In this document: piece after piece, positions 27,572 to 36,970 of the stretch
Layout: each line of letters begins with the position of its first letter
How positions within the stretch are numbered: the stretch's first letter is position 1
Source: Thermoplasmatota archaeon
GTDB taxonomy: Archaea > Thermoplasmatota > JAQUQK01
Direction: 5' to 3'
Assembly: GCA_028716125.1 (NCBI GenBank)
Contig: JAQUQK010000001.1
Span: forward strand, 1-47,060
Length of the DNA: 47,060 nt
Position numbers and translations under genes: made by a program
Notes under the pieces: generated by a model
What the model saw: only the letters and a program-made list of their open reading frames with translations
What the model was told of the DNA's origin: nothing
Databases searched by the model: none

Positions 27572-29563
27572 ATGAAGGCGCAACTGAAATTCACTGCATC
27601 GCTCTTTCTTGCCGTTATGCTTCTAGCACCCGCAATTCAATTTGCTGACGCAACGGAAGTCCAAAGCATACAGGTCGAACGCAGGATCGTTACTGTCTAC
27701 GCCCCCGCGGTAGGCCAACTTGCAAACGGAACGATGGTTGGATCGCTTTCCACTATTCAAATAACCGTGCAGTCAAACGGCTCCGGAATGGTATTTGTTG
27801 ACACGATGCCCCTGACGGAGATAGACATGCAGGGCTCGGCAAGGCTTGCAGTGAACGTCGCTTGCTCGGTGACGGGCAAGAACTGCTCGAATTATGATTT
27901 CTATTTCGTCGTGCGCTCCCAGTCGCAGGTAATAGGCGGACCTTCTGCAGGCGGAGTGATGTGCACGGGAGTGATTGCGGCGCTCGAAGATTGGGAAATA
28001 TACAACCACACCATGATGACCGGAATGATAAATCCTGACGGAAGCATCGGGCCAATCGGCGGCATTCCTTACAAGGCGCAGGCCGTGGCCGAGGCGGGCG
28101 CGAGCCGCTTCCTCATTCCATACGGTCAGGGCAACATAACCGAAATGGTGACAGAGACATATGTTCAGGGCGGAATGGTAATCCAAAGGACAGTGCCCAA
28201 GGAGATAAACATAATAGAATACGCCAAGAGCAAATGGAACCTTGACGTCGTGGAGATAAGGGACATTTACGACGCCGTATATTGGATGACCGGGCACGAT
28301 GCAAAGAAAAACGCTTCCCAAAATCCAGTGACAAGCGAAAAATATACTGCAATAATGAAGGATTTGGCCGAGTCGCTGATGGAGAGGGCAAACGAAAGCT
28401 TCTCTAATGCGACTGGGGCGTTCAACGGTTTTCCAAATACGATGCACTCGAAGCAATATAAATCCGAAGTGCAGTCATACTACAATTATGCGAGCGATGC
28501 GCTGAATGCGTCGATTGATTCATACAACATAGGAGAATATTACACGACAAGCAGCAAGTGCTTCCAGGCATCATGGTATTCCAGATTTGTGGTCTATGCG
28601 TCGGGATTTTTCGAGAACGACAGCTTCTCTTATGTATCCGGCATTATTGAAAATTCATCGGAAACTGTTGGAACCATAATGGAAAACGTATTGAATCACA
28701 GCAAGAACATAACGTCAATCGAGCAACTTGAGGCGTTCGGGGGCGCACAGCAGCGCATATTTGAGGCAAATGAAAGCGCAGGCAGCGCAAAGAGAGTGCT
28801 GGACAACCCCATGCCAACATACGATGCCTGCCTTTCGTCCATCGGCGATGCGTCATACGCAGTCGAGCGTGCCGAGAGCGCTACCTGGTGGATGGAGATA
28901 GGGCAGAAATTCGCCGGAAATTCCACGCTCAATGAAACTAAAATAATGTCCGCATCAGAGGAATATGTGCAGAGCGCAAGTGAGATAATAGCGTACGCGA
29001 CTGCGCTTCAAATCGACGTTTCCGGGGCGCAAGATTTGGTTTCAAAGGCAGAGAATGCACTTGATTTGGGACTTTTGCCGCTTGGGCTTTTCTACGCAAT
29101 AGAAGGATATGCGGATGCAACCAATTCGGTCGAGACTTTCGGGTATGACTCAATTCCTGCATGGAAAATAGAGAAGGCATCCGAAGTGGCAAATTCATAC
29201 ATAGACGAATCCAGGTCGCTTGGAGTGGAGCCTGTGCTCGCAGTAAGCTACTACGAATTCGCCAAGTCACTTTATGCGCAGGATCCTTCCGCCAACTCGG
29301 CAAGCGCGCTCCTTTACATGAAATATTCCGCAATGATAGCAAAACTTTCCGGTTTCATACTCAACGCAAATGCGGAGACGGCACAATGGGAGACAATAAA
29401 GGTTGGAACCGGCAGGGAAATATACGTGACAGAAGCGCCCGCATACGTGACATGGATATATGCTGCGATAATTTTTGCCGCAGGTCTTGGGCTTGGATTT
29501 TCGGCGGTCGTGCTCTTTGCAGGAAAGCAAACGAGGAAAGGCACGAGGAGGCGCGCCAAATAA
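27572..29563 (+). CDS. secreted, membrane-anchored Lon-like serine protease (S16 proteolytic domain only; COG1750-type)
   Basis: 663 aa. Sec-type signal peptide. S16 Ser-Lys dyad context GGPSAGGVM...GPIGGIPYKAQAV. About 380 aa of helical region and a C-terminal TM helix followed by KQTRKGTRRRAK. No AAA+ module. TATA at 27537-27550. Confidence 0.7.
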   Translation: MKAQLKFTASLFLAVMLLAPAIQFADATEVQSIQVERRIVTVYAPAVGQLANGTMVGSLSTIQITVQSNGSGMVFVDTMPLTEIDMQGSARLAVNVACSVTGKNCSNYDFYFVVRSQSQVIGGPSAGGVMCTGVIAALEDWEIYNHTMMTGMINPDGSIGPIGGIPYKAQAVAEAGASRFLIPYGQGNITEMVTETYVQGGMVIQRTVPKEINIIEYAKSKWNLDVVEIRDIYDAVYWMTGHDAKKNASQNPVTSEKYTAIMKDLAESLMERANESFSNATGAFNGFPNTMHSKQYKSEVQSYYNYASDALNASIDSYNIGEYYTTSSKCFQASWYSRFVVYASGFFENDSFSYVSGIIENSSETVGTIMENVLNHSKNITSIEQLEAFGGAQQRIFEANESAGSAKRVLDNPMPTYDACLSSIGDASYAVERAESATWWMEIGQKFAGNSTLNETKIMSASEEYVQSASEIIAYATALQIDVSGAQDLVSKAENALDLGLLPLGLFYAIEGYADATNSVETFGYDSIPAWKIEKASEVANSYIDESRSLGVEPVLAVSYYEFAKSLYAQDPSANSASALLYMKYSAMIAKLSGFILNANAETAQWETIKVGTGREIYVTEAPAYVTWIYAAIIFAAGLGLGFSAVVLFAGKQTRKGTRRRAK

Positions 29564-29600
29564 TCGGCGTGCGCGCCTGATATATAACCGGTTTTTGTAT
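29549..29600 (+). terminator. GC hairpin (AGGCGCGC/GCGCGCCT) spanning the stop codon, followed by T5
   Basis: 8-bp stem at 29549-29556 and 29571-29578. The loop contains the TAA (29561-63). T5 at 29592-29596. It overlaps the TATA box GATATATAACC (29579-29589) of the MFS gene. Confidence 0.4.
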
Positions 29601-29609
29601 TCGGGTAGG

Positions 29610-30833
29610 ATGGACCGCAACATAAAGACGATACTCGCGGCCGTTGTCCTGCTTCAGGCAGGGATGGCCGCTTACTCCAACTTCTTCTCGGTTTACATCG
29701 CCGAGATAACAGGCGGGAGCTACATGGCGGTTGCCGTCTTTGCCGCATTGCCGTTTGCAGCTTATGCATTCACGTCCCGAATTTGGGGTGTTCTTTCGGA
29801 TTTCTTTGGCGCCCGCAGGCCTTTCATGATATGGGGCCTTTTTGCGATGGGGGCGCTTACTGCGCTTTTCATTCCGTTCTTCAACTCCGCTGCGATGATC
29901 ATTGGGATATCAACCGTGGTATCGCTTGCAAATGCGGTTTTCATGCCGGCGATGCTTGCAGCGGTTTCCCATGACACCGAGAACAGCGGAAAGGCGCTTG
30001 GGCTTTTCGACGGGGCTGCTGCCCTGGGATGGGGTGCAGGCTCTATGGCCATGGGACTTATGGCAAAATTCGCCTCAACGGATCTCAAAGGCGATTTCTC
30101 GATGATATTCATGTTCTCTTCGGCGGCGATACTGCTCGCGTCAATAGTGGTAATGATTTTCTTCCACAGGCTTAAACTGAAGCGTATGGAAGGCAAACTT
30201 TCAGACATGGTAAAATCCACATACAAAATATCTTCCTCCAGCCCCCTTCTGCCCCTGCTTTACATTGCAGTGCTTCTTGGCTGGTTTGCGCTCTTCTGGT
30301 ACGTCCCATTAATCAAGCTGAACCTCTTCGACGACTTTGCGGGCGGCGACTGGCTGCTTTACGGCGCGGCGCACGCGGCCGCGAGTTTCACATCAATATT
30401 TGCAAGCCCGTTCGCTGGAAGGCTTTGCGACCGCATCGGCGGGCAGAGGATTATGATGGGGGCGATGGCCGCATACATGGTTTACATACCGGCCGCAGTG
30501 TTCTTCGCGCACGACAAGCTGATATTCATAATTCTCTGGATGCTGCCGATATGGAGCTTCTTCAACGTGGGAATATACAGTTCAGGGGCGCGCCTTTCCA
30601 AGATTGAGCACAGGGCGGAAACGATGGGGACGCTTGAGTCATGCAGGGACCTTGCTGGAACTGCGGCGCCGCTTGGCAGCGGAAGGCTTGCAAGTGCAAT
30701 AGGCAGAAACCAGTCTATAGTGTTTGCTCCCCTCTTCCTCGTCGGAGCGTTTATTGCAATGCTGCTGCTGCGCAGGAAGCAGGCAATGGAAGAAAAGGCA
30801 ACTCTTTTTACCCAAAAGACAATATCCCGCTGA
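29610..30833 (+). CDS. MFS transporter
   Basis: Start moved to ATG 29610 (MDRNIKTILAAVVLLQ), 26 nt downstream of a TATA centre. The tracked start 29475 lies inside the protease gene. 12-TM profile with the loop motif GVLSDFFGARRP. Confidence 0.8.
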   Translation: MDRNIKTILAAVVLLQAGMAAYSNFFSVYIAEITGGSYMAVAVFAALPFAAYAFTSRIWGVLSDFFGARRPFMIWGLFAMGALTALFIPFFNSAAMIIGISTVVSLANAVFMPAMLAAVSHDTENSGKALGLFDGAAALGWGAGSMAMGLMAKFASTDLKGDFSMIFMFSSAAILLASIVVMIFFHRLKLKRMEGKLSDMVKSTYKISSSSPLLPLLYIAVLLGWFALFWYVPLIKLNLFDDFAGGDWLLYGAAHAAASFTSIFASPFAGRLCDRIGGQRIMMGAMAAYMVYIPAAVFFAHDKLIFIILWMLPIWSFFNVGIYSSGARLSKIEHRAETMGTLESCRDLAGTAAPLGSGRLASAIGRNQSIVFAPLFLVGAFIAMLLLRRKQAMEEKATLFTQKTISR

Positions 30834-30837
30834 ACAC

Positions 30838-31758
30838 ATGACACAATTGCAGATATGCTTTCTTGGCATAGGCGGCTCGTGGCCTTGCAAGGAAAGGTCG
30901 GTTCCCGCAGTTGCAATTAAGCGCGGCCCGGAAATAATACTTTTTGACTGCGGCGAAGGCACGCAGCGCCAGTTCCAGAAATCCCCATTGAGCTACATGG
31001 ACGTTGACCGCATTTTCATATCGCATTTCCACGGCGACCACTTTCTGGGATTGCCCGGGCTAATCCAGACGATGTCGCTTAACGACCGCAAAAAGCCGCT
31101 GCAAATTTACGGACCTGAAGGGATGAAAAAACTGCTAAACCAATTATTGCATCTTGGATATTTCACGCCCACTTACGAAATAGTGGCGCACGAAATTTCG
31201 GATGGCGAATTCGTTGATTGCGGCGAGTATAAAATCCGCGCATTTGCGGTAAAGCACTGCATTCCGACGCTTGGCTATGTTCTTGTGGAAAACGAGCGTC
31301 CTGGACGATTCAACAAGAAAAAAGCGCTTGAACTTGGCGTGCCGGAGGGGCCGATGTTTGGAAAGCTACAGGCAGGGCAAAGCGTGAAGTTGAAAGATGG
31401 AAAGACAATCAAGCCAGATGATGTTCTTGGCAAGCCAAGAGAGGGGAGAAAAATTGTATATTCGGGCGACACCGCGCCTTGCCCGTCGCTTCTAGAAGCG
31501 GCGCGCGGCTGCGACGTTCTCATAATGGACGCGACGGCTGGCGATGCGCTAAAGGAAAAAGCCGCGCAATACGGCCACTCAACCGCAAGACAAGCGGCAG
31601 AACTTGCAAAAGAAGCCAAAGCAAAGTTGCTGTTCCTTTTCCATTTCAGCCCCAGATATGAGGATGCATCCGTGCTTGAAATAGAGGCGAAAGAAGTTTT
31701 TGAAAACAGCATTGTCTCCACGGAGCTTTGCTTATACGATGTCAAAATGGCGGACTGA
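30838..31758 (+). CDS. rnz: ribonuclease Z (tRNA 3' endonuclease)
   Basis: Start at ATG 30838 (MTQLQICFLGIGGSWP). Metallo-beta-lactamase motif HFHGDHFLGLPGL. About 306 aa. The tracked start 30724 overlaps the MFS gene. Confidence 0.88.
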   Translation: MTQLQICFLGIGGSWPCKERSVPAVAIKRGPEIILFDCGEGTQRQFQKSPLSYMDVDRIFISHFHGDHFLGLPGLIQTMSLNDRKKPLQIYGPEGMKKLLNQLLHLGYFTPTYEIVAHEISDGEFVDCGEYKIRAFAVKHCIPTLGYVLVENERPGRFNKKKALELGVPEGPMFGKLQAGQSVKLKDGKTIKPDDVLGKPREGRKIVYSGDTAPCPSLLEAARGCDVLIMDATAGDALKEKAAQYGHSTARQAAELAKEAKAKLLFLFHFSPRYEDASVLEIEAKEVFENSIVSTELCLYDVKMAD

Positions 31759-31759
31759 T

Positions 31760-32488
31760 TTATCTTTTTGATGCCGAGATTACTATCCAAGCCATTGCAA
31801 AGAATATGACTATGTCTATGAACAAATATGACGTGAAAGTGAACGTGCTGAGCATATTTCCGTCTATGTATGATTTTAATGCCTGATATGCATGGGTATA
31901 TGGAGAATAATTCGAAACCGCAGTCATGAAAGCAGGCATCGAGCCTATTGATATTATTCCGGAAAGCACTATCGTCATCATAACGTAAAGGCACATAAGA
32001 CTAAGCGCCTGCTGGTCTGTCGAAGACACCGCGGATATCAGAAGCCCTATCGCATGCGAAACGACCGCTAGCAGAAGGATTATGAGAAAAATCATTGGCG
32101 CGTCATTGGCGGATATGTCGCTCAAAAGCTCTGACGCGAGTATCACAAGAAGCACCGCCTGGATAACGGAAACAAGGGAATTGGCAACGAGCTTTGAGAG
32201 AAGAAATTGTACCGATGAAAGAGGCGTCTTTGCAAGCCGGGACAGGGTGCCCATCATCTTCTCCCTCACTATGGATGAGCTTGAAACGAATAGCGCGGAA
32301 AAGAGTATTGGAAGGGTGCACATTATCGCTGTCGGATTTATCGGGAATCCTTTGTAAGATATGTTGGCGGCGCTTGTGCTGGAGTAAACAAGTATGGAAA
32401 GCACCGGAACTGATACCGATAGCAATACTGCTTTCCAGTCACGCAGGACGTTGTATATCTCCTTTTCCATGTTCATTCGGAGGGTCAT
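31760..32488 (-). CDS. ABC-2 type transporter permease
   Basis: 242 aa with 6 predicted TM segments. The start directly abuts the stop of the upstream ABC ATPase fusion gene. Confidence 0.75.
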   Translation of the reverse strand: MTLRMNMEKEIYNVLRDWKAVLLSVSVPVLSILVYSSTSAANISYKGFPINPTAIMCTLPILFSALFVSSSSIVREKMMGTLSRLAKTPLSSVQFLLSKLVANSLVSVIQAVLLVILASELLSDISANDAPMIFLIILLLAVVSHAIGLLISAVSSTDQQALSLMCLYVMMTIVLSGIISIGSMPAFMTAVSNYSPYTHAYQALKSYIDGNMLSTFTFTSYLFIDIVIFFAMAWIVISASKR

Positions 32489-35197
32489 TTACTCCTCCTT
32501 TGTCTTGAATTTTTCTCCGGTATAGTATACGAAAACATCTTCGAGCGAGATGTCGACGACGTTTATTGTCCTTAACCCTATATCTGCCTTGTTGAACATG
32601 TCCATTATGTGGCCAGCGCTTATCTGCGGGTTTTCCGTGTAGAATTTCACATAGTATCCGGTATAGTCCGCTTTCTCTATCATGCCCTTTGCCTTGAGTT
32701 CGCTCTCCAGGTCCTTTATGCGCACCATTGTAGGCTCGCTCATCCTGTAAAGTTCGAGCTCTACCGCCTTGCCTTTTCCGGGTATGCTGAGCTTCAGGTT
32801 TTCCGGAGTGTCATATGCGACAATTCTTCCCTTATTAACTATCAGCACCATGTTTGCGTATTCGGCCTCGTCGACGAAGTGAGTGGTGGTTATTATCGAA
32901 ACGCCAAACTCAACGTTCAGTTTCTTCAGGAAGCGCCAAAGCGTCCTTCGGGTTATCGGATCAAGCCCGCTGGTGGGTTCGTCAAGTATCAAAAGCTGCG
33001 GGTTGTGCACGAGCGCCGCCGCAATGGATGCCCTGCGCTGCTCGCCGCCGGAAAGCACCTCGACCTTCGTGTTCAGCCTGTGGTCTATGCCAAGTATCCG
33101 CGATATGCGAAGCGCCCTTCGGTCCGATTCTGCCTTGTTTATCGAATACTGGTTTCCGAAGTAGCGTATGTTCTCGCGCACTGTCATGTTCTTGTAAAGC
33201 TGGAGGTCCTGCGGGACATAGCCTATTATCCTCTTGATTTCGGCAATGTCCTTTTTCGCGTCGAAGCCGAGGACGCTCAGATCGCCAGCATAATCATTCT
33301 CGCCTATGACTGCCTTGAGAATGGTTGATTTTCCAGATCCCGATGGGCCGAGGACTGCGATTATCTTGCCTGCGGCAAACGAGAAGGACACGTTCTGGAC
33401 TATTGATCGCCCTCCCTTTACAATGGTGAGGTTTTCGACGTAGAATTCGTTGGAAGGCGTTTCCTTCCTTGTCATCGGCGACGCAAGTATCGCCTTCTTC
33501 TTCACGATGTATGCCTGGTGGCGCCTCTTTGCCATGTATGCGCTGATCCAGCGATGTCCCAGCACCACCGCGGCAACTAAAGCTATCGCCACTCCGCCGC
33601 CGATAAGGAACCCTACCGGGATCATGCCAAGCCACATTATGAACATCGAAACTACACCTTGCTTCTGGCCGGAAATTGCAAACATCCACGCATGACCGGA
33701 GTGCGCCTTGTAGAAGATAGTCTCGTTGTCCTCTGATTCTTTATGTGCCGCAAGTTCGGTCCATCCCGAATCCATTGATGGGCTGTTGTATAATTTTACC
33801 GTGCTTACGTCAACGTTCTTGCTTTTTGCATTCTCTTTGTTCACGTAGAATGATACGTTGATTGAACTGACTGGGATTGTCTTGAATTCCAAAGCCGAGC
33901 TTGCGTCAATCAGGACAATCAGGAGATACGAAGGTTCATCCCCGCCCACTGCAAGAGGCGAAAGCGCAGAAGGCCGACCATCAAATGTAGCTACACCGAG
34001 AGTGGCTCCCACTCTTGTTTCATTTACCATGAACGATATCGTTTTTAGCTGTGAAATCCCGGATACCGTGACGTTGTACTCCATTCCTTGTTGAATCAGC
34101 GGAAATGGGTATGTATTCAGCTCTTTTACGTTCCCGAATGTCTGAACGACCAAACGTAGTATCGCATCATAGTCTGTTCCTTTGATAACGCTCACTGTTA
34201 TGGCATCGCTCTTTCTGGAATTGCCGGATATATCGTAGGCAATAACCTGTATAGTATGGTTGGATCCCTGTGCGGAACTTACGTTCCATGGAACTCTATA
34301 TGATGAATTCGAAATGACATTTCGTCCAGGAAGGCTACCGTTTGGAAGAAGTTGACCATCAACATAGAAATCCACGTTTCTTATGCCTATGGCGTCTTTT
34401 ACCTCCGCCTCAATCGTATACCATCCCTGCTCCAGCCCCCAGTTGTGCCTAGGGTATATTATGATTACTTCTGGAGGTATGTCTATTATGAACTGCAATG
34501 ATGAATCCGGGCCCCAGTTTCCTGAGAAATCAACTGCCTTGACGTAAAAAATGTGCAATCCGTCCGGTATTGTAAAAATCGGGACTGTTGGAAGAGTTAT
34601 CTGCGTGGAAGTTGTGAAGTTAGCTGATGTAGAATTCTGGATAGGCGAATCTATGCTGTACGCATATCCCCTCACGCCCGAACCTGTGTCTGAACTTGCG
34701 CTCCATTCAAAGGATGGCCTATTCTGGGTGATTGGCGTTTTTATCTCAAGACTGCCTGGAGCAGATGGCTTTGTCATGTCGACAATCTCAAAATGCTTGT
34801 TCGATGACGCGCTCCAGCTATTATCCGCATATTTAGCCAAAACGGTGTAATTGTAAACGCCCACTGTGCTGTATGTTCGGGAGTAGTAAAATGTTCCATT
34901 GTAAGCACCTTTTGCCATCGAAAAGTTTCCAAGAAGCGAGCCGTCGGGCTTGTAGATGCGAGCATACGTCAAAATTGACCCGCTCGAATTGCCGGTTATG
35001 TTGACAACGCCGCCGAAGTCCTGAGTTGAAGGGGATGCGGCTGCGATTACGCCTTCGGAAGGCACGGCAAGAGGCCGATCTGCGGAAAAATTGCTATTTA
35101 TGGAACCGGGAATGTACATCGAGACCAGCGAAAGTGCAAGCACGGCGCCAAGCGCTACAAGTATCCACAAATAATGGGAACGGAACGAAAGTCTCAT
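32489..35197 (-). CDS. ABC transporter ATP-binding protein fused to an N-terminal TM anchor, a roughly 480-aa surface ectodomain and a second TM helix
   Basis: 902 aa. TM1 is aa 9-27. The ectodomain (aa 31-512) carries at least 15 N-x-S/T sequons, fn3/Ig-like modules (PSFEWSASSDTGSGVRGYAY; VDFYVDG...HTIQVIAYDISGN) and a PGF-pre-PGF-like module (INVSFYVNKENAKSKNVDVSTVKLYN...GWTEL...FYKAHSGHAWMFAISG). TM2 is aa 515-547. The ABC domain has Walker A GPSGSGKST, signature LSGGEQRR and Walker B LLILDEPTSGLD. Confidence 0.85.
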   Translation of the reverse strand: MRLSFRSHYLWILVALGAVLALSLVSMYIPGSINSNFSADRPLAVPSEGVIAAASPSTQDFGGVVNITGNSSGSILTYARIYKPDGSLLGNFSMAKGAYNGTFYYSRTYSTVGVYNYTVLAKYADNSWSASSNKHFEIVDMTKPSAPGSLEIKTPITQNRPSFEWSASSDTGSGVRGYAYSIDSPIQNSTSANFTTSTQITLPTVPIFTIPDGLHIFYVKAVDFSGNWGPDSSLQFIIDIPPEVIIIYPRHNWGLEQGWYTIEAEVKDAIGIRNVDFYVDGQLLPNGSLPGRNVISNSSYRVPWNVSSAQGSNHTIQVIAYDISGNSRKSDAITVSVIKGTDYDAILRLVVQTFGNVKELNTYPFPLIQQGMEYNVTVSGISQLKTISFMVNETRVGATLGVATFDGRPSALSPLAVGGDEPSYLLIVLIDASSALEFKTIPVSSINVSFYVNKENAKSKNVDVSTVKLYNSPSMDSGWTELAAHKESEDNETIFYKAHSGHAWMFAISGQKQGVVSMFIMWLGMIPVGFLIGGGVAIALVAAVVLGHRWISAYMAKRRHQAYIVKKKAILASPMTRKETPSNEFYVENLTIVKGGRSIVQNVSFSFAAGKIIAVLGPSGSGKSTILKAVIGENDYAGDLSVLGFDAKKDIAEIKRIIGYVPQDLQLYKNMTVRENIRYFGNQYSINKAESDRRALRISRILGIDHRLNTKVEVLSGGEQRRASIAAALVHNPQLLILDEPTSGLDPITRRTLWRFLKKLNVEFGVSIITTTHFVDEAEYANMVLIVNKGRIVAYDTPENLKLSIPGKGKAVELELYRMSEPTMVRIKDLESELKAKGMIEKADYTGYYVKFYTENPQISAGHIMDMFNKADIGLRTINVVDISLEDVFVYYTGEKFKTKEE

Positions 35198-35279
35198 ACG
35201 CTCATATTGTTATTAGGCAAGCGTTTAAAAGTTTGACCTAAAAATAGATTGGGATGGAAAAAATAGGGTGCGCTGAAAA

Positions 35280-35663
35280 TCAATACTCGCGCCACTTGTG
35301 CCCGCACTTGGTGCACTGGTAGAAGCGCGTCTCGGCCTCGTCAGCCTTGCGCGTCTGCAGCAAATACCAATATGCCTCAGTATTTCCGCATTTTGAGCAC
35401 TCCACTCTCTCTATTGGCAGTGTGTCGGCAAGCGTTCCTTCGAAAATCGGTATATCCTCGCCAACCTTGCTCTTGCCCGCTTTCTTTTCGGCTGCAATCG
35501 ACGACTTCCTACCATCATTTAGCGTCGCTTTCGCCTCAATCTTTGCAGGCGCGACCGGCATTGCATTAGTTTTCGGCTTGCTCTCTGCACAGTAGCCGCA
35601 TTTCTTGCACATCATCTTGCCGCCAACTGGATACATCAATGATTTGCATTTCGGACAGAACAT
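35280..35663 (-). CDS. tfs: transcription factor S (TFIIS/RpoM-like cleavage factor)
   Basis: 127 aa. N-terminal ribbon CPKC...CKKC. C-terminal ribbon CSKCGNTEAYWYLLQTRKADEAETRFYQCTKCGHKWREY with the acidic DE hairpin. Confidence 0.88.
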   Translation of the reverse strand: MFCPKCKSLMYPVGGKMMCKKCGYCAESKPKTNAMPVAPAKIEAKATLNDGRKSSIAAEKKAGKSKVGEDIPIFEGTLADTLPIERVECSKCGNTEAYWYLLQTRKADEAETRFYQCTKCGHKWREY

Positions 35664-35667
35664 GAAT

Positions 35668-36150
35668 TCACCTGGTTTTCTTCGTATTTGACAAAATAAA
35701 ATCCGCGATTATCTTCGCGTGGTCGAATGCAAGTGGAGGCATCGCAGACATTGGGAAAAACCTTGCGTCTGAGGCGTCGTCCCCGCCTAATAGCACTCCG
35801 CCCATAATTTTGAGCGCATAGACTACTGATGCCGTGTGCTTTCTCGGGTCGCGCTTTGGGTCGGAATAAACGCCAATGAGCCGGACGATTTCCGTATTAA
35901 GGCCCGTTTCCTCCTTTGCTTCCCGGGCAACTGCGCTTTCAACTGTTTCGCCGTATTCCACAAATCCGCCGGGCAACGCCCATTTTCCTTTGAACGGCGA
36001 CTTTGCGCGCCGTATCAGCAATATTTCCCTTTTCTTTCCAGTTCCGCGGGAAACTATGCCGTCGACTGTAAGGGTTATCCTCTTGTACACGGCGGATAAT
36101 CCGAATGGAAGAAAAAAGGGTTTGCCTGAGTTTCTAGTTGTATCAAACAA
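35668..36150 (-). CDS. NUDIX hydrolase
   Basis: Nudix box GGFVEYGETVESAVAREAKEETGL. A 4-nt gap separates it from tfs. Confidence 0.85.
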   Translation of the reverse strand: MFDTTRNSGKPFFLPFGLSAVYKRITLTVDGIVSRGTGKKREILLIRRAKSPFKGKWALPGGFVEYGETVESAVAREAKEETGLNTEIVRLIGVYSDPKRDPRKHTASVVYALKIMGGVLLGGDDASDARFFPMSAMPPLAFDHAKIIADFILSNTKKTR

Positions 36151-36158
36151 GGATACAG

Positions 36159-36167
36159 TTTAAATTT
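36159..36167 (+). promoter_or_regulatory. TATA box (TTTAAATTT) for rps8e
   Basis: Centred about 31 nt upstream of ATG 36194, in a 43-bp divergent spacer. Confidence 0.4.
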
Positions 36168-36193
36168 GAACATCTGATTCACCCTCGATTCGA

Positions 36194-36574
36194 ATGGCAC
36201 TTTGGCAGGGAAGATCACACAGGAAGCCGACGGGCGGCATCCTTCGCTCCAACAGGGGAAAACGCAAGTTTGAAGTCGGAAGCGAAGCGCACGAGACCAC
36301 AATCGGCAAGCAGAAGATTAAGCAGGTTCGCACAACCGGTGGCGGAAAGAAGGTAAAGATTGCAGTCGCTGAAATAGCGAACGTCACCGATCCCAAGACC
36401 GGCAAGACGCAGAAGGTCAAGATAAAGTCGGTCGTCCAGAACGCGGCAAATCCGCACTACGTCAGGCGTAACATCGTCACAAAGGGCGCAATTGTCGAGA
36501 CCGAGGCCGGAAAGGCAAAGGTCACAAGCAGGCCCGGCCAGGACGGAACCGTAAACGCCGTCAAGACCGAGTAA
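36194..36574 (+). CDS. rps8e: 30S ribosomal protein S8e
   Basis: 126 aa. MALWQGRSHRKPTGG...RGKRKFE...VRTTGGGKKV. Confidence 0.92.
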   Translation: MALWQGRSHRKPTGGILRSNRGKRKFEVGSEAHETTIGKQKIKQVRTTGGGKKVKIAVAEIANVTDPKTGKTQKVKIKSVVQNAANPHYVRRNIVTKGAIVETEAGKAKVTSRPGQDGTVNAVKTE

Positions 36575-36629
36575 TCATTCAATTTTTCTTTTCCCAATCT
36601 CGACTTTATTTTAAGAGAGTGAGATTAAA

Positions 36630-36947
36630 ATGGTGTCGAAGACCGACGGAAAGCTCGTTTTGTGGCCCGCCTACTTCGACGTCTCGATTTCAAAGGAAGA
36701 CGGAAGGCGATTGCCAAAGGCGCTCGCTGTCCAGAATCCTACGCTCGACCAGATTGAAAAGGCGTGCAAGTCGCTCGGCCTGAATCCAGTCCGCGAGGAT
36801 GACAAGTTATACTCGTCCCAATGGTACGGCGCAAGAGGCCGAATCCTCATCGACAACAAAGGCCCAAAGGCGCAAGTGCTTAAGCAGATCGCGGAAAAAA
36901 TGAAGCCCATGCAGCAGGCACAGGCATCACAAGCGGGACAGCAGTAA
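36630..36947 (+). CDS. srp19: signal recognition particle protein SRP19
   Basis: 105 aa. LVLWPAYFDVSISKEDGRRLPK. Confidence 0.9.
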   Translation: MVSKTDGKLVLWPAYFDVSISKEDGRRLPKALAVQNPTLDQIEKACKSLGLNPVREDDKLYSSQWYGARGRILIDNKGPKAQVLKQIAEKMKPMQQAQASQAGQQ

Positions 36948-36970
36948 TTTGTTTATCGGGCGCCATTGCG

